Source: Okamejei kenojei (Eukaryota). From it: 64,000 bases of DNA. The position numbers and the translations under genes are program-made. The first letter of the stretch is position 1, and each line of letters begins with the position of its first letter. The notes beneath the pieces were generated by a model. The model saw nothing but the letters and a program-made list of their open reading frames with translations. It had not been told where the DNA came from and made no database searches. The DNA lies in assembly GCA_035221665.1 (NCBI GenBank), contig CM069162.1:6634001-6698000 (forward strand). The letters are read 5' to 3'. Positions 1 through 12,207 of this stretch are shown here, in pieces.

Positions 1-546
1 GATTAAATCCCACTGGATCTAATGAGTTGATTTTCTGCTGTTAATATTGCATCATGCAGATGATGAATTCGTTAGGATAATGGAACGGAGCTAAAATATA
101 AATGAGTTACTGTCAAGAAGCAGATTTTTGTCATTTAAGCAGCGACATTTTTGAAGGTCTGTGGCAGCAATTTGCAGATTTCTATTAGAACATTTAAAAT
201 CTGGTATTTTGTATAATGAAAACATTTTATATAAATCCAATGCCTGACTTAGCATTTTAACTTCATTTTAATTAGTTCAGATTACGGTTATTTATTAATG
301 GGACAATATTGTGCCTAAATATGCGCCACCGTGGCGCTGTGAATGAGTTAATGACTCCCCCCGTCCACTTGAGGCACTTTAAAAGAGGATGCGCTTTAAT
401 GTCTTTACCTTGCAAAGCCCCCAAATATCACTGTACTCTCCATTCTCTCATATCATGTTCCCGGCATCAGTTTAATCTATACCGTTCCCAAATGCAAGCA
501 ACTTTTCAGTCATATATTGCATCGTTTTATTTTTAAACATTATGTC

Positions 547-844
547 CCTCCAGATTCAGGGACAGTTTCTTCCCAGCTGTTATCAGGCGACTGAACCATC
601 CCACCACAACCCGGGAGCGGTGCTGAACTACTATCTCCCTCATTGGTGACCCTCGGACTGTCCTTGATCGGACTTTGCCGGCTTGACCTTGCACCAAACG
701 CTATTCCCTCGCCATGTATCGCTACATGTATCTATAATGCTCGGCTGTAATCGCGTGTTGTCATTCTGCTGACTGGGGAGCGCGCAACGACCGCTTTTCA
801 CCGTACCTCGGTACACGTGACAATAAACTACACTGAACTGAAAC
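547..844 (+). mobile_element. Rex1/Babar-type LINE 3' end (5'-truncated)
   Basis: Encodes RT C-terminal motif SRFRDSFFPAVIR, then a 3'UTR shared with other copies in the window, ending gtgacaataaac plus (ctgaa)n. Confidence 0.75.
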
Positions 845-1229
845 GGAACCCGTACACAATACCTCTCATTCTGTGCTCTAATCCACCCATTAGTTTGCGA
901 GGCTTCGAGTGCACAACTCGTACTCGGGCAACTCGCGTGGGTTCAAGAAGCGTTTTGTTGGTTCGGCCCGTGTGTTATCCTGGATCATTCCACTGGGTAC
1001 TCTGTGTGGCTTCGTGCAACTTTTAATAAGCCAGTCCATGCAATTAAATCAAACTTTGCTTTGCTGAGTCCACGTAATGTTCCGTGGCTCAGTCCTTGCA
1101 GTTTCTTGTAAGTTTGCTCTGGTGAGCGTGTGTGGGTTGATCTGGACTCTCCCCGGGATCAAATCCACGCAGTTTGATATAATGCTTCACCCGCCACCCC
1201 TGCCTCAGACTAGCCCGGGGAAGGGCCTG

Positions 1230-1370
1230 CACCTCTCGTTTCCCCCTCCCTCCGACTAGTCTGAACAAAGGTCTCGACCCGAAACGTCACCCATTCCTCC
1301 TCCCCAGAGATGCTGCCCGTCCCGCTGATGCTGACTCGCACCGTGGGACAGGGGTTGTGTCTATCTTCTA
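1230..1370 (+). mobile_element. Penelope-like element 3' terminal fragment
   Basis: ctgaacaaaggtctcgacccgaaacgtcacccattcc...ccagagatgctgcc matches the PLE terminus seen downstream of the GIY-YIG ORF end at 41420-41790. Confidence 0.65.
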
Positions 1371-2027
1371 CGATCTTATGAAGTGGAACTAATGAAGGCA
1401 GTGATCATGGTGGCCATGGGCAAGATGGAGCCCGTTTCTGTGCTTCTGTGTGTCGATGTAACATTACACTGGTCAGGCTTTGAGTATTGGCCCAATGTAA
1501 CGCTACCCTGGCCAGCTCAGATGGTTTGAAGCGGTCTTTCACCGGGGCAGGTCGCGCTGTTGCCCGGGACGCTGCACTGGTCAGCTGCTGGCGTCCCCTG
1601 CAATGCTCCCCGTGTCAGTGCATGCGATGCAGGTGCATGCGGCATTCCAGCGGCCAGCCTGGCCAGTCAGTGTCATGTATCCCCAAGGCTGCCCACACCC
1701 GCCAGTCTCACGTTACATTGCTCCTGCACTTTCGCGTCATTTCCCACTGCTCCTTCCCTGTGGTTGAGCTCCACGCTGGCAGTCTCCCGCTGCCTGGGTC
1801 CTTCTGGCGCTCCATTTAAACTTCCAGGTTCACTGGAAAACCTTATAGTACTGTATAGTAGCACTTGTTTTAAAAAGTGAATTAAATGCGTGTGAGGATA
1901 TTAATAGGGAATACCATCCAATAGCCCGGAAGATCAGCTAGTCCAACACCACCACCACTGGCCCAGGGTCTCATTTACTCCCCCCTCCCCCCCATTTGAA
2001 CTTACTGGCCCCCATGTTCCCACGCTG

Positions 2028-2200
2028 CTTTTAAAGCAGAGATAGATGGATTGATTCTTGATTAGTGCGGGTGTCAGACTGTGGGGAGAAGGCAGGAACA
2101 TGGGATTAGGAGGGAGAGATAGATCAGATATGATTGAATGGCAGAGTAGACTTGATGGGCCGAATGGCCTAATTCTGCTCCTATCGCTTATGAACATAAG
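2028..2200 (+). mobile_element. CR1 LINE 3' end
   Basis: gagatagat...ggggagaaggcagga...gggccgaatggcctaattctgctcctat CR1 3'UTR. Confidence 0.7.
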
Positions 2201-2334
2201 CAAAGGTCAGTCTACTCAGTTTGTGTAAGGTTCCCAGTCAACACATCCAGATTAGTGTAACACCGCTGTGGGTCACTGTACACGTGAGTGTAACATTAAA
2301 CCAATTCACTCCAAAGTCATCACTCTAAGATTTC

Positions 2335-2502
2335 ACTCCAAAGACATACAGCTTTGTAGGTTAATTGGCTGGTATAAGTGTAAAGAATAAACTGTCCCTA
2401 GTGTGTGTAGGGTTGGGGTTAGTGTGCAGGGATCGCTGGTCAGTGCAGACTAGGTGGGCCAAAGGGCCTGTTTCCTCGCTGTATCTCTGAACTAAACTAA
2501 AC
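2335..2502 (+). mobile_element. HE1-like V-SINE, 3' half
   Basis: cactccaaagac...gggccaaagggcctgtttcc...(ctaaa)n tail. Confidence 0.75.
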
Positions 2503-2632
2503 AGTTGGTTTGTAGAGCTGCGTTGAACTTTTCACTGATTAGTCTGCCGTAAAACAAGGACCGTCCACCGTTTGGCTTCCTTCCATTTCACCGGGGCCTG
2601 GTTCCTAAGCTCCGTTTCCATTCACCAACAAC

Positions 2633-2870
2633 GGGTGCTGACTGTACGGAGTTTGCACGTTCTCCCCTTGACCTGCGTGGGTTTTCGCTGAGATCTTCGG
2701 TTTCCTCCCGCAGTCCAAAAACGCGCAGGTTTGTAGGCTAATTAGCTTGGTATGATTGTAAATTGTCCCTAGTGTGTGTAGGATGGTGTCAGTGTGCGGG
2801 GATCGCTGGTTGGTGCGGGCTCGGTGGGCCAAAGGGCCTGTTTCCGTGCTGTATCTCTGAACTAAATGAA
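2633..2870 (+). mobile_element. HE1-like V-SINE, 5'-truncated
   Basis: V-domain ggagtttgcacgttctcccc...gcgtgggttttc...ggtttcctccc and CR1-like tail. Confidence 0.8.
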
Positions 2871-3292
2871 ACACTGGGGCCCTTGGTTCCTGCACCCCCT
2901 TCAATTCACTGCCCCCCCCCCCCCCCCACTCTGTTTCAAATCCCCGAGATCCCAGTTCCCGCGCTCCCTTCCAACTCTCTCTGTGTTCCCCTCAAACTGA
3001 CCCAGGACCCCATTTCCTTCCCTCCCTCTCTCTCTTTAAACTCACCGGGCCGCTGCTTCCCACGCTCTTTTTAAACTGGCCATTGCCCTGTATCCCACGT
3101 TCCATTCATACTCACTAGGTTCACTGGAATTACATTAAATTATAATACTGTGTGATAGTAGAAACAAAGTGAATAAAACATGTGTTGGGATATTGGTAGG
3201 AAGAACATCCAATAGTCTGGGAAAATCTGCCAGTCCAAAGATCTGGTATTGCCGAATGCACAGAGTAGTGTTGGAGCCACACACATTGGAAA

Positions 3293-3477
3293 CCCTCAGA
3301 CTATCTTTGATCGGACTTTACTGGCTTTATCTTGGACTAAATGTTATTCACGTTGTCATGTATCTGTACACGGTGGACGGCTCGATTGTAATCATGTGTT
3401 GTCTTTCCGTTGACTGGGTAGCACGCAACTAAAGTTTGTCACTGTACCTCAGTACACGTGACAATAAACTAAACTCA
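3293..3477 (+). mobile_element. Rex1/Babar LINE 3'UTR fragment
   Basis: Same 3'UTR as 547-844, ending cactgtacctcagtacacgtgacaataaactaaac. Confidence 0.7.
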
Positions 3478-3479
3478 CG

Positions 3480-3710
3480 GGACTGCAGGTGCTGGTTTTG
3501 CAAACAAGAGACAAAGTTCTGGAGTAATTCTGCGGGGGGGAGAGGGGGGGGGGGGAGGGGGTGGCAGGCAGCGTCTCTGGAGAACATGGATGGGCGACGT
3601 TTTGGGCCGGGTCTGAAGAAGGGAACCCAATCCAGAATGTGGCCTATCCATGTTCTCCAGTGATGATGCCTGAGCCGCTGAGATACTCCAGCACCCTCGT
3701 GTCTTGTGTT
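3480..3710. mobile_element. Degenerate PLE-derived fold-back element (family A)
   Basis: Inverted arms gactgcaggtgctgg...ctggagaacatgga / tccatgttctccag...ctccagca around tctgaagaaggg. Confidence 0.6.
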
Positions 3711-4329
3711 GGATCGAGTCTTACTTAGCAATCTTGAACTGTTGAACAGTGGTCAAAGTATGGAAATAGTTTGTTCAGATCATGGAACTCAGATCAGACT
3801 TGGTGAAGGGTCTTGACACAAAATGTCAACCATCCCTCCCCCTTCACACACACTGCCTGAACCTCCGAGTTCTCCCGTCATTCTGTTTGGTCATTGCTTT
3901 GTGTCATGCACTGTGCTCACAGTTTTGTTATAATAACAACAACTTGTGTGAATATAGTATCTTTACTGTGTGGACTGGGAGCAAATACAATCTGACAATG
4001 TGGTGGAGGGGAAGATGCGAAGGCTGAGAGCCAAAGGAGATGTCCTGATGAGGGGAAGAGAGGCGGAGGGATTTGGGAAGAGATCTTCACACAGCTGAAG
4101 ACAGGCAGCCTCTGGTAAACGAGGGATGATGAAAAGACCTGGGTGTGTGAGGATGTGTGTAATGAACAAAATTCCCCACCCCCCTAGAAAAAGTCAGAAA
4201 CAAAAGCCTATAGTTACAACTTTGTTCATTTGTCCAACAATTGCGGTCAACGCTGCATTATCTGCACTTCCATTCATATTCCTTTCAGAATTAACACTCT
4301 GCAGTCAAACTGGGCACAGGTTTACTTTA

Positions 4330-4566
4330 GGAAGGGACTGCAGATGCTGGTTTAAACCAAAGATAGACACAAAAAGCTGGAGTAACTCAGCAGGGCAGGC
4401 AGCATCTCTGGAGAAAAGGAATAGGTGACATTTTGGGTCGAGACCCTTCTTCAGACTGAAAGTCAGGGGAAAGGAAAATGAGAGATATTGCTATTCCTAT
4501 TCACTATTCCTTTTATCCAGAGATGCTGTCTGACCCACAGAGCTATTCCAGCTTTTTGTGTCTATC
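4330..4566. mobile_element. PLE-derived fold-back element (family A)
   Basis: Inverted arms gatagacacaaaaagctggagtaactc / gagctattccagctttttgtgtctatc; imperfect TSD cacaggtttacttt / cacagatttagttt. Confidence 0.75.
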
Positions 4567-4574
4567 ACAGATTT

Positions 4575-4877
4575 AGTTTTGTGTAGTTTAGTGTAGTTTA
4601 GTTTAGTTTAGAGATACAGTGTGTAAACAGGCCCTTCGGCCCCCATCGATCACCCGTTCACTCGTTCTAACCTACACACCAGGGACAATTTGCAGAATCC
4701 AATTAACCTACAATCCCGCACGTCTTTGGAGTGTGGATGAAACCGGAGATCCCGGAGAAAAGCCACACGGTTTCGGGGAGAACGTGCAAACTCCGTACAG
4801 ACAGCACCCGCGGTCAGGATGGAACCCGGGTCTCTGGCGCTGTGAGGCAGCAACTCTACCACTGCACCACCGTGCCA
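4575..4877 (-). mobile_element. HE1-like V-SINE, near full length
   Basis: Minus strand has tRNA-like head (ggcacggtggtgcagtggtagagttgctgcc, B-box ggttccatcc), V-domain and (ctaaa)n tail. Confidence 0.85.
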
Positions 4878-5644
4878 CCCACAGAGGGCTGACCAATTCC
4901 AGCGCTCTCTGAGCTGTGGCACGGGTGACTACAGAGACCCGGTGGTCAGAAACGAATGTTCATGGAGAAAACGCTGGAGTAACTCAGCGGGTCAGGCAGC
5001 ACCTCTGGGGGACATGGAGAGGCAGCGTTTTCGGGTCGGGACCCTGCTTGAGACTGATGAGCGCTTTAATTTCAATGGATCACTATGACTTTGAATATGC
5101 AAATGTTGTTATTGCTAATAATTCCGATTAAGCTGTGCCTAAACAGTGACTGAAAGGTGATTTATCTAAACTAAAACCAACAAAAAATCCTGTAAGAAAA
5201 TTCCCCCTGCAACGGGACCAGAAATAAAAGCTCCCTCTCAGAGCGCGAGACGAGATTCGTAAAATTCCTATAGGTGATGGCAAAATTACAATCGCCAAAG
5301 GTCCTTTAATTCTGCTTATTTGGGCTTATCCGCACCAGCTTTACAATTCTCAACCTCTCTGGATCTGCCCCTATAATACAAGAAGTTTGATCATTGTCCT
5401 GTGAGCTGGTTCTACAGAAAGTCCTTCAGATGTTCTTCCTTACCCTTGAAAAGGTCTGATCAATAAAAAATAAATTGTACTAACTTAGCACCTTAACCGT
5501 AGACAATAAAACAGTGAACCAAAGAGGGAGCTGGGAACTGGGGTTAGGATTTCACAGGTTTCTGTGAAGAATTTCCTTGGGATCTTCAGGTTGAGGAGGC
5601 AGGAGGGGGGATTGGTGGTAGAGGGTATGTAGAGGTGCAGTACG

Positions 5645-5920
5645 TAAACAGGCCCTTTGGCCCACCGGGTCCATCGATACCCCATTCGCACTAGTTCCAT
5701 GCTATCTCACTTACGTATCCGCTCCTTTTACACGATTTTACAGCAGGGCCAAATAACCTACAAACCCCGCACGTCTTTGGGATGTGGTAGAAAACCAGGA
5801 ACACCCGGAGGAAGCCCACGCGGTCACGGGGAGAACGTGCAAACTCCACGCAGTCAACACCCGAGGTCAGGATCGAACCCAGGTCTCTGGCTGTGAGAGG
5901 AGCAGCTCTACCCGCTGCGC
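5645..5920 (-). mobile_element. HE1-like V-SINE
   Basis: tRNA head, V-domain and tail on minus strand. Confidence 0.8.
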
Positions 5921-6033
5921 GACCAGTAAGGGAGTCAGAGGTTATGGGACGACGGCAGGAGAATGGGGTCGGAGGGGAAAATAGGTCAAAATAGATTGGA
6001 TGGTGGAGCTGCCTCGAATGACCTAATTCTGCT

Positions 6034-6346
6034 GTTAAAGAAGGAAGTGCAGATGCTGGAAAATCGAGGGTAGACAAAATGCTGGAGAAACTCAGCGGGT
6101 GCAGCAGCATCTATGGAGCAATGGAGATAGGCAACATTTCAGGCCAAAACCCTTAGGGGTTACAGGGTTTTGGATTACAGAAATAGGCAACATTTCAGGC
6201 CAAAACCCTTAGGGGTTACAGGGTTTTGGATTACAGAAATAGGCAACGTTTCGGGCCGAAACCCTACGGGTTTCGGCCCGAAACGTTGCCTATTTCCTTC
6301 GCTCCATAGATGCCGCTGAGTTTCTCCAGCATTTTGCGTACCCTGC
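6034..6346. mobile_element. PLE-derived fold-back element (family B) with two 56-bp internal units, inserted in a CR1 tail
   Basis: Inverted arms; 13-bp TSD acctaattctgct at 6021-6033 and 6347-6359; internal units offset by 56 bp (6151, 6207). Confidence 0.8.
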
Positions 6347-6716
6347 ACCTAATTCTGCTCCTATGTCTTATGAAGCGTGGTGCAGCGGGCCGAGCTGCTG
6401 TCAGCTGCAGCGATGCGGGTTCGATCCCCGACCTCGGCTGCTGCCCGCGTGGAGTTTGCACGTCCGACATCGGCCTGGCGATTGCGGCATTGAGTCACCC
6501 AGCAGAGGTACGGGCCCTTCAGCTCCACGCTGGCCATCAAGAGTCCCGTGTCACGAATCCGCCAGGGCCTGCCTCCGCGCTGCGTCTCTAAACTCGGACC
6601 TAAGCTAAAACTTCAGACTCGTGTGAGCGGGTGATGGCTGGTCGCCGTGGACGCGGTGGGGCCTGTAGCTCTAAAACCATAACGAAACAAAAACGAACCA
6701 GACCGGCGAATGGTAC

Positions 6717-6748
6717 TATATATATATATATATATATACATATATATA
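6717..6748. repeat. (TA)n microsatellite
   Basis: Direct reading. Confidence 0.9.
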
Positions 6749-8062
6749 TCCCGGCTGTAAAATAAGATAAAAGCTATGATGATTTGCAAAACCAAGGAGA
6801 TGCTTTCACAATAGGTATTCCCATGCTTTAACTTACATTGTGCTGACCGGCATATGAAAGGAAGAATGTGCCACTCTCTGTGGAATATAATCAACTCTGG
6901 AGTTTACATAACCACTGCCTTCCTCCCCATCTCTCCCCACTTTATCATCATCTGCACGGCCATTGTTGTCAAGTTTCATGGCTGGTCTGACCTTTTTGCC
7001 GAGCAGCGCAACATTGTGTTGCTCTCCCCGTCCATCCCAACCCCTTTGGCATTTCCACGGAAACTGTCTGGTTAAGCCTTGCCCCGGCTTTTCTTTCCCG
7101 GTGTCACTTTCGTGTCTTTTAACATGGTTTTGCTTAAAAGTCCTTTAATCAATCACGGACGAGCCAGAAAATGGGCTTTGTCATGGTCGGATGGTGGGTC
7201 GTGCGACAATCACACGGCAGCGTGACAGCCCCTCAAAGGGAAAAAAGGAATATTTTTGGGGGAAATGGTCGGTTTCCATGGAGCTGCCACTTGTTCACAT
7301 CAGCAGCCACTCTCGAGCAGCGGCATGGGCCCAGCTTTCAAAAGACAGCGAAAAAAAACTCGGGGGCAGGAGGCAGAGACGGCCTCCAAAGGCAGCTGCC
7401 CTGGTATCTCTGCTGTCAGCTCTCGGTGAGAGCAAGAATGGGCGGCCATTTAAACAGCAAAGAGGTCCTGCTAGGTGGCTGTCAAAATATGCATAATCGG
7501 CAGTATTTAATAAATGTTCAATTTTTCATCCTGGCTTCACTATTTCAAAAGTTTCCACGAGAGGAACACACATCACTTGACAGAGCAGAACAGAGGAAAA
7601 CCATTCACTTATTGCTTCTGGTAGTATGTCCATTGTTTTCTAATGGTTAATTATAAGTGCTTGATGGTTCGGCTTGGCTCCCGGGCCAATAAGTTGCTAC
7701 ATGCAAAGCATTTTTAATAGGAGGAAAAAGATTTGGGATGGGGAGGGAGGGAGGGGGTTGGTTTGTATTTTATTGGGAAAATATTTTGATTCTCTCTGGA
7801 CAATTCCAAGATTGTGTGTTCCTTACCCCTCTGCAAAGGATTCTGAGGATGGGTTTTGCTGAGATGGAGATGTGATGTTGATGAGAATTGTCGCTTGCTT
7901 CTATTATAGAAACACGTAGACGATTCCGCCTGTAAATTTGTTTGCAGTATGCGAAATGAATTATGATTTTTATAAATAGGCTTGCAGGAAAGATTCAGCG
8001 ATTTGCGCGCCTCCTGTAGTCCGTGCCTCATTGGGCTGCTTTTCTTTGGAGTTTAAGAATGA

Positions 8063-8330
8063 GGTAGAGTTGCTGCCTCACAGCGCTAGAGTGACCACGG
8101 GTGCTGTCTGTACGGAGTTTGTACATTCCTTCTGTGACTGAGTGGGTTTTCTCTGGGTGCTCCGGTTTCCTCCCACACTAAGGGTTTGTAGGCTAATTGG
8201 CTTCGGAAAAATTGTAGATTATTCCTAGTGTGTGTGGGATAGCATTAGTGTACTGGCTGATTGCTGGTGAGCACGGACTCAGTGGGCCGAAGAGCCTGCT
8301 TCCCTGCTGTATCCCTGAAGTCTGAAGTCA
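8063..8330 (+). mobile_element. HE1-like V-SINE
   Basis: ggtagagttgctgcctcacagcgc head, V-domain, tail. Confidence 0.8.
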
Positions 8331-8749
8331 AGTGTAATTATTGATCCTATACTAGTTGCATTCTCCACAGAGGTATTGCAACTGATCAATAGGCTGGTGT
8401 AGGGGACCACAGTCACACGTGGGCTCCTGGTGTTAGCTCAGCACAGATCCAACATAGACAGAGTATGGCCACAGCATTAAAGTATCACGCCATCTCCTCT
8501 TCAGTCTGTAGCCCATCGAACCTGTGCATTGCCATGGGGACGAAGGTGGGTGGTCTGGAGAGGGGGGGAAGGGGAGGGAGGGGGAGGTGGAGGGAGGGAG
8601 GGGGAGCTTTGGCTTAAAACGAGTGAACAAATATGTTCGGCTAAAAGCTGCCATTGCATGGAGAGTGTGTTTTCAGTGTGGCTATGCCGTGCCAGATGAA
8701 GAGCTGTTGAGACTTATCCCACGGCCTTGGTGCTCACGGCTCAGCGGGG

Positions 8750-9063
8750 GGGCACGGTGGCGCAGCGATAGAGTCGCTGCCTTACAGCGCCAGAGACCCC
8801 GGTTCGATCCTGACTTCGCGTGTTGCCTGTACGGTGTTTGCACGTTCTCCCCGTGCCTGCGTGGGTTTCCTCCGGGCGCTCCGGTTTCCTCCCACACTCC
8901 AAAGACGTCCGGGTTTATAAGCTAATTGGCTTCAGTAAAACTTGAACATTATCCCTAGTGTGTGTAGGATAGTGTTAGTGTATGGGGGTGATGGCTGGTC
9001 GTCGCAGACTCGGTGGGCCGAAGGGACTCTTTCCGCGCTGTATCTCTCAAATCTAAAGTCTAA
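8750..9063 (+). mobile_element. HE1-like V-SINE, full length
   Basis: ggcacggtggcgcagcgatagag (A-box), ggttcgatcc (B-box), V-domain, CR1-like tail. Confidence 0.85.
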
Positions 9064-9191
9064 AGACTCCTCAAATACTCATCCAGATTCTTCTTAACAT
9101 CATTGAGGGCTTTCATCTCTGTCTCCCTCTCTCAGGTTGTGACCTCTAATCACTTGAACAGGAACAACTGTAAATTCTCCAACTGAGAAAT

Positions 9192-9396
9192 TTTGTTTAA
9201 GAGGGAACTGCAGATGCTGGAAAATCGAAGGTAGACAAAAATGCTGGTGAAACTCAGCGGGTGAGGCAGCATCTATGGAGCGAAGGAAATAGGCGACGTT
9301 TCGGGTCGAGACCCTTCTTCAGACCAAAACGTTGCCTATTTCCTTCGCTCCATAGATGCTGCCTCACCCGCTGAGTTTCTCCAGCATTTTTGTCCA
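9192..9396. mobile_element. PLE-derived fold-back element (family B) without internal units
   Basis: Inverted arms; 13-bp TSD ccaactgagaaat at 9179-9191 and 9397-9409. Confidence 0.8.
9292..9325 (-). ncRNA. Minimal type I hammerhead ribozyme motif (PLE-associated)
   Basis: Minus strand reads ggt-CUGAAGA-a-GGGUC-uc-GACCC-GAAAC-GUC-gcc: core boxes, stem II hairpin, GUC site, very short stems I and III. Confidence 0.55.
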
Positions 9397-10819
9397 CCAA
9401 CTGAGAAATGTTCCTCACTCTTGTTTAATTAACCAGATTTGCAGATGGGATCAGTTTATCTTGGCTCCATATCCTCCAGAGATTCTGTCTGACCTGCTGA
9501 GTTTCTCCAGCACTGTTTTTTTTTTAATAGATTTCTCAATACTGGAAGAATTAAGAAACATGAGGATAGTGCGAGAAAATGTGATTAAAGTGGAAAACCA
9601 AACATGATCTTGTTGTGTGGCAGAGCGAGCTAGAGACAGACCAGCACAAGCGTTGTGGGCTGAAGGGCCTGTTCCTGTGCTGTACTGTTCTATGTTCGAC
9701 ATGGTTCAATGTTCTAGCAACCCAAACAGCCCGCAAAACCAAGCCTGACGTTTTAATTTATTTCCAAACTGCACACAGAGTCAATGCACACTTGGGGTTT
9801 TTACCGATTTGGTACTTTTAGCGATAGTTGGCATTAAACTTCTGATGATTTTCCCTGCAGGAAGTTATTTGACATTCCTTGATATGATTAGGTCTCGCAG
9901 TTCTTACTAGACTTCATGTCAGTTTTGACTTAATGAAGTGGAACTGAGAAGGGAATTCAGTTCATTGCATTAGTCGCAAGTGGAGTCCCAGGCTGTTGGA
10001 AAACAGCAACGGTTTGGGACTGGGAAGTTACAATGAATGTCGTTATCATTCTGGTCAGCCTGTTTTTACACAAAATTAAACAAAGAACTAATTAGTGCTT
10101 CATGAATTAATAAATGCTCTGTTGCTCTGTAGGCTTTGGATTGCTAGATGGAAATAGCAAATAAATATGAAAACTGTAATAGGCAGGAAAATGAATTTTC
10201 AGCTCTTTGCTACTTATCCTTCACAGTGTCACCACTTTCAGTGCATTTAGCTTCTTTTAATCTTCACAGGATAACATCTCTCCATCAAGTCTACGTATCG
10301 GACTTAACCCTTTCAGGACAATGCCTGCTTTTGTACGCCGCTGTTTCCTTAAAATATGTGCAGTCAGATCTCATCAACAGAAACCCCTGTAATATGCAGA
10401 ATAACAAGCAATCATTTGTTTCCCTTTCTCACTGAGTGCGGACTCAAGAATAGGCTTGGGTGGCACGGCATTTGTTTTAATGAGTAATATGGAGTTCCGT
10501 TGAACCTGACTGTATATTAATGAGAACTGACTGAAATAAAGTTGGTAATATTTACATTTTTTAATTTGAATGGATTATCTCTAGTGTAAAAATGTTCTCA
10601 TGTTTTTGCCGCCTTATATAGACCAGAGATACATTCGAGTCGTGCCAGCACTGGGGGGGGTTTGAGGGTAAACATTTAATAATGAAATATTGTTTGTATA
10701 TCTTGTGTCTACTGTGCAGAAATAATATTGTTTTGGAACATTAGGATATTAATTGGAGTGATGCTTCTGTGCATCACCTGCTTTTTAATAACCGAGTCCC
10801 TTTACTATTGGCCTTTACC

Positions 10820-11010
10820 GCAACGAGGTTGGTGTGCAAGGACTGGGAAGTGTTGTGGCAGCTGCTCAAGGCTTTGGTGAGACCACCTTTGGCATGCAGT
10901 GTGCCATTTTGTTGTCCATACCTCAGGAAATCACATTCGAGCTGGTAAAACCGAAGGTTTACCGGATTGACTGCTCGGATGCAGCTGTTGTCACGTGCGG
11001 AGGGTTTGAG
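10820..11010 (+). mobile_element. Old degraded CR1 ORF2 fragment
   Basis: gctgctcaaggctttggtgagaccacc...caggaaa resembles the LYKALVRPHLEY region. Confidence 0.5.
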
Positions 11011-11016
11011 TGAGTT

Positions 11017-11260
11017 CAGTTTAGTTTAATTTAGTTTAATTTAAGCTAGTTTAGTTTAGTTTAGAGAGACAGCGTGGAAACAGGCCCTTCGGCCCACCGA
11101 TTCCACGCCGATCAGCGATCAACCGTTCACACTAGTTCTATCCTAAACACACACTGGGGCCAATTTACAGAAGCCAATTAAACCAACAAACCCACAAGTC
11201 TTCAGACAGCGCCTGTAGTCAGGATCGAACCCAGATCTCTGGCGCTGTACGGCAGCAACT
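11017..11260 (-). mobile_element. HE1-like V-SINE (internally deleted)
   Basis: (tttag)n tail, ggaaacaggcccttcggccc, head ggatcgaacccagatctctggcgctg. Confidence 0.75.
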
Positions 11261-11934
11261 GTAGAGGTCTGAAGATTGGGAGGTGACCTTGACTGAGAGG
11301 GTTTAGTGCAGCACTGCTGAGGCTGTTTCCCCTGTCTGGTCTCATAGTCGTACAGCAAGGAAACAGCCCATTCAGCCCATCGAGTCCACTGGTGACCATC
11401 AAGCACCCGCTTATGCTAGCCCTATGCTAATCCCATTTTATTCCCCCCCATATTCCTGACATCTCCCCCAGATCCTACCAGTCACCTACAATCTACAGTG
11501 GCCAATTAACTCGCCAACCCGCGCATCTTTAGAAGGTGGGAGGAAAACAGAGCAACAGGAGGAAACTAATGCAGTCAGTTGGCGGTGCTGGCTCGAAGGG
11601 CCGAATGGCCTCCTCCTGCATCTATTTTCTATTTTCTATGTTTCTATGAGATTGCCGGACTGCACACAAACAGTACCAAAGGCCAGGGTTGAACCTGGGT
11701 CACTGGAGATCTATAAGCTGTGCGAGCAGGTTGCCCTTAAAGTGACAGAGACAGTGTTGAGTTCTGGGTTCCGCACTTCAGTACAGAGAGCGCAGCGGCG
11801 ATGTGCCAACATGGGACCAGGAACGTATCTGGACAGGCAGGAAAAGTTGCCACCTTCCCTTTGGAGCAGAGTCATACAGCACCCAAACCGGCCCTTCGGC
11901 CCAACCTGCCCATGCTAACCCAGATAGTGTGGCA

Positions 11935-12207
11935 CAGTGGCACAGCGGTGGAGTTGCTGCCTTACAGGACCAGAGTCCCGGGTTCGATCCTGACTACGGG
12001 TGCTGTCTGTGGAGAGTTTGTACATTCTCCTCGGGTGCTCCGGTTTGCTCCCACATTCCATAAGGTTAGGAGGTGGAATGGCGTCTGTAAATTGTCCCTA
12101 GGGTGTGTAGGACAGAACTAGAGAACGGGCGATCGCTGGTCAGTGCGGACTAGGCGGGCTAAAGGTCCAGTTTCCACACTGCATCCCTGAACCAAACTAA
12201 ACTAAAC
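11935..12207 (+). mobile_element. HE1-like V-SINE
   Basis: tRNA head with ggttcgatcc, V-domain, (ctaaa)n tail. Confidence 0.8.

Noticed and set aside
8750-8822. tRNA gene-like sequences (A and B boxes)
   Set aside because: They are SINE heads continuing into the V-domain; no complete cloverleaf is evident.
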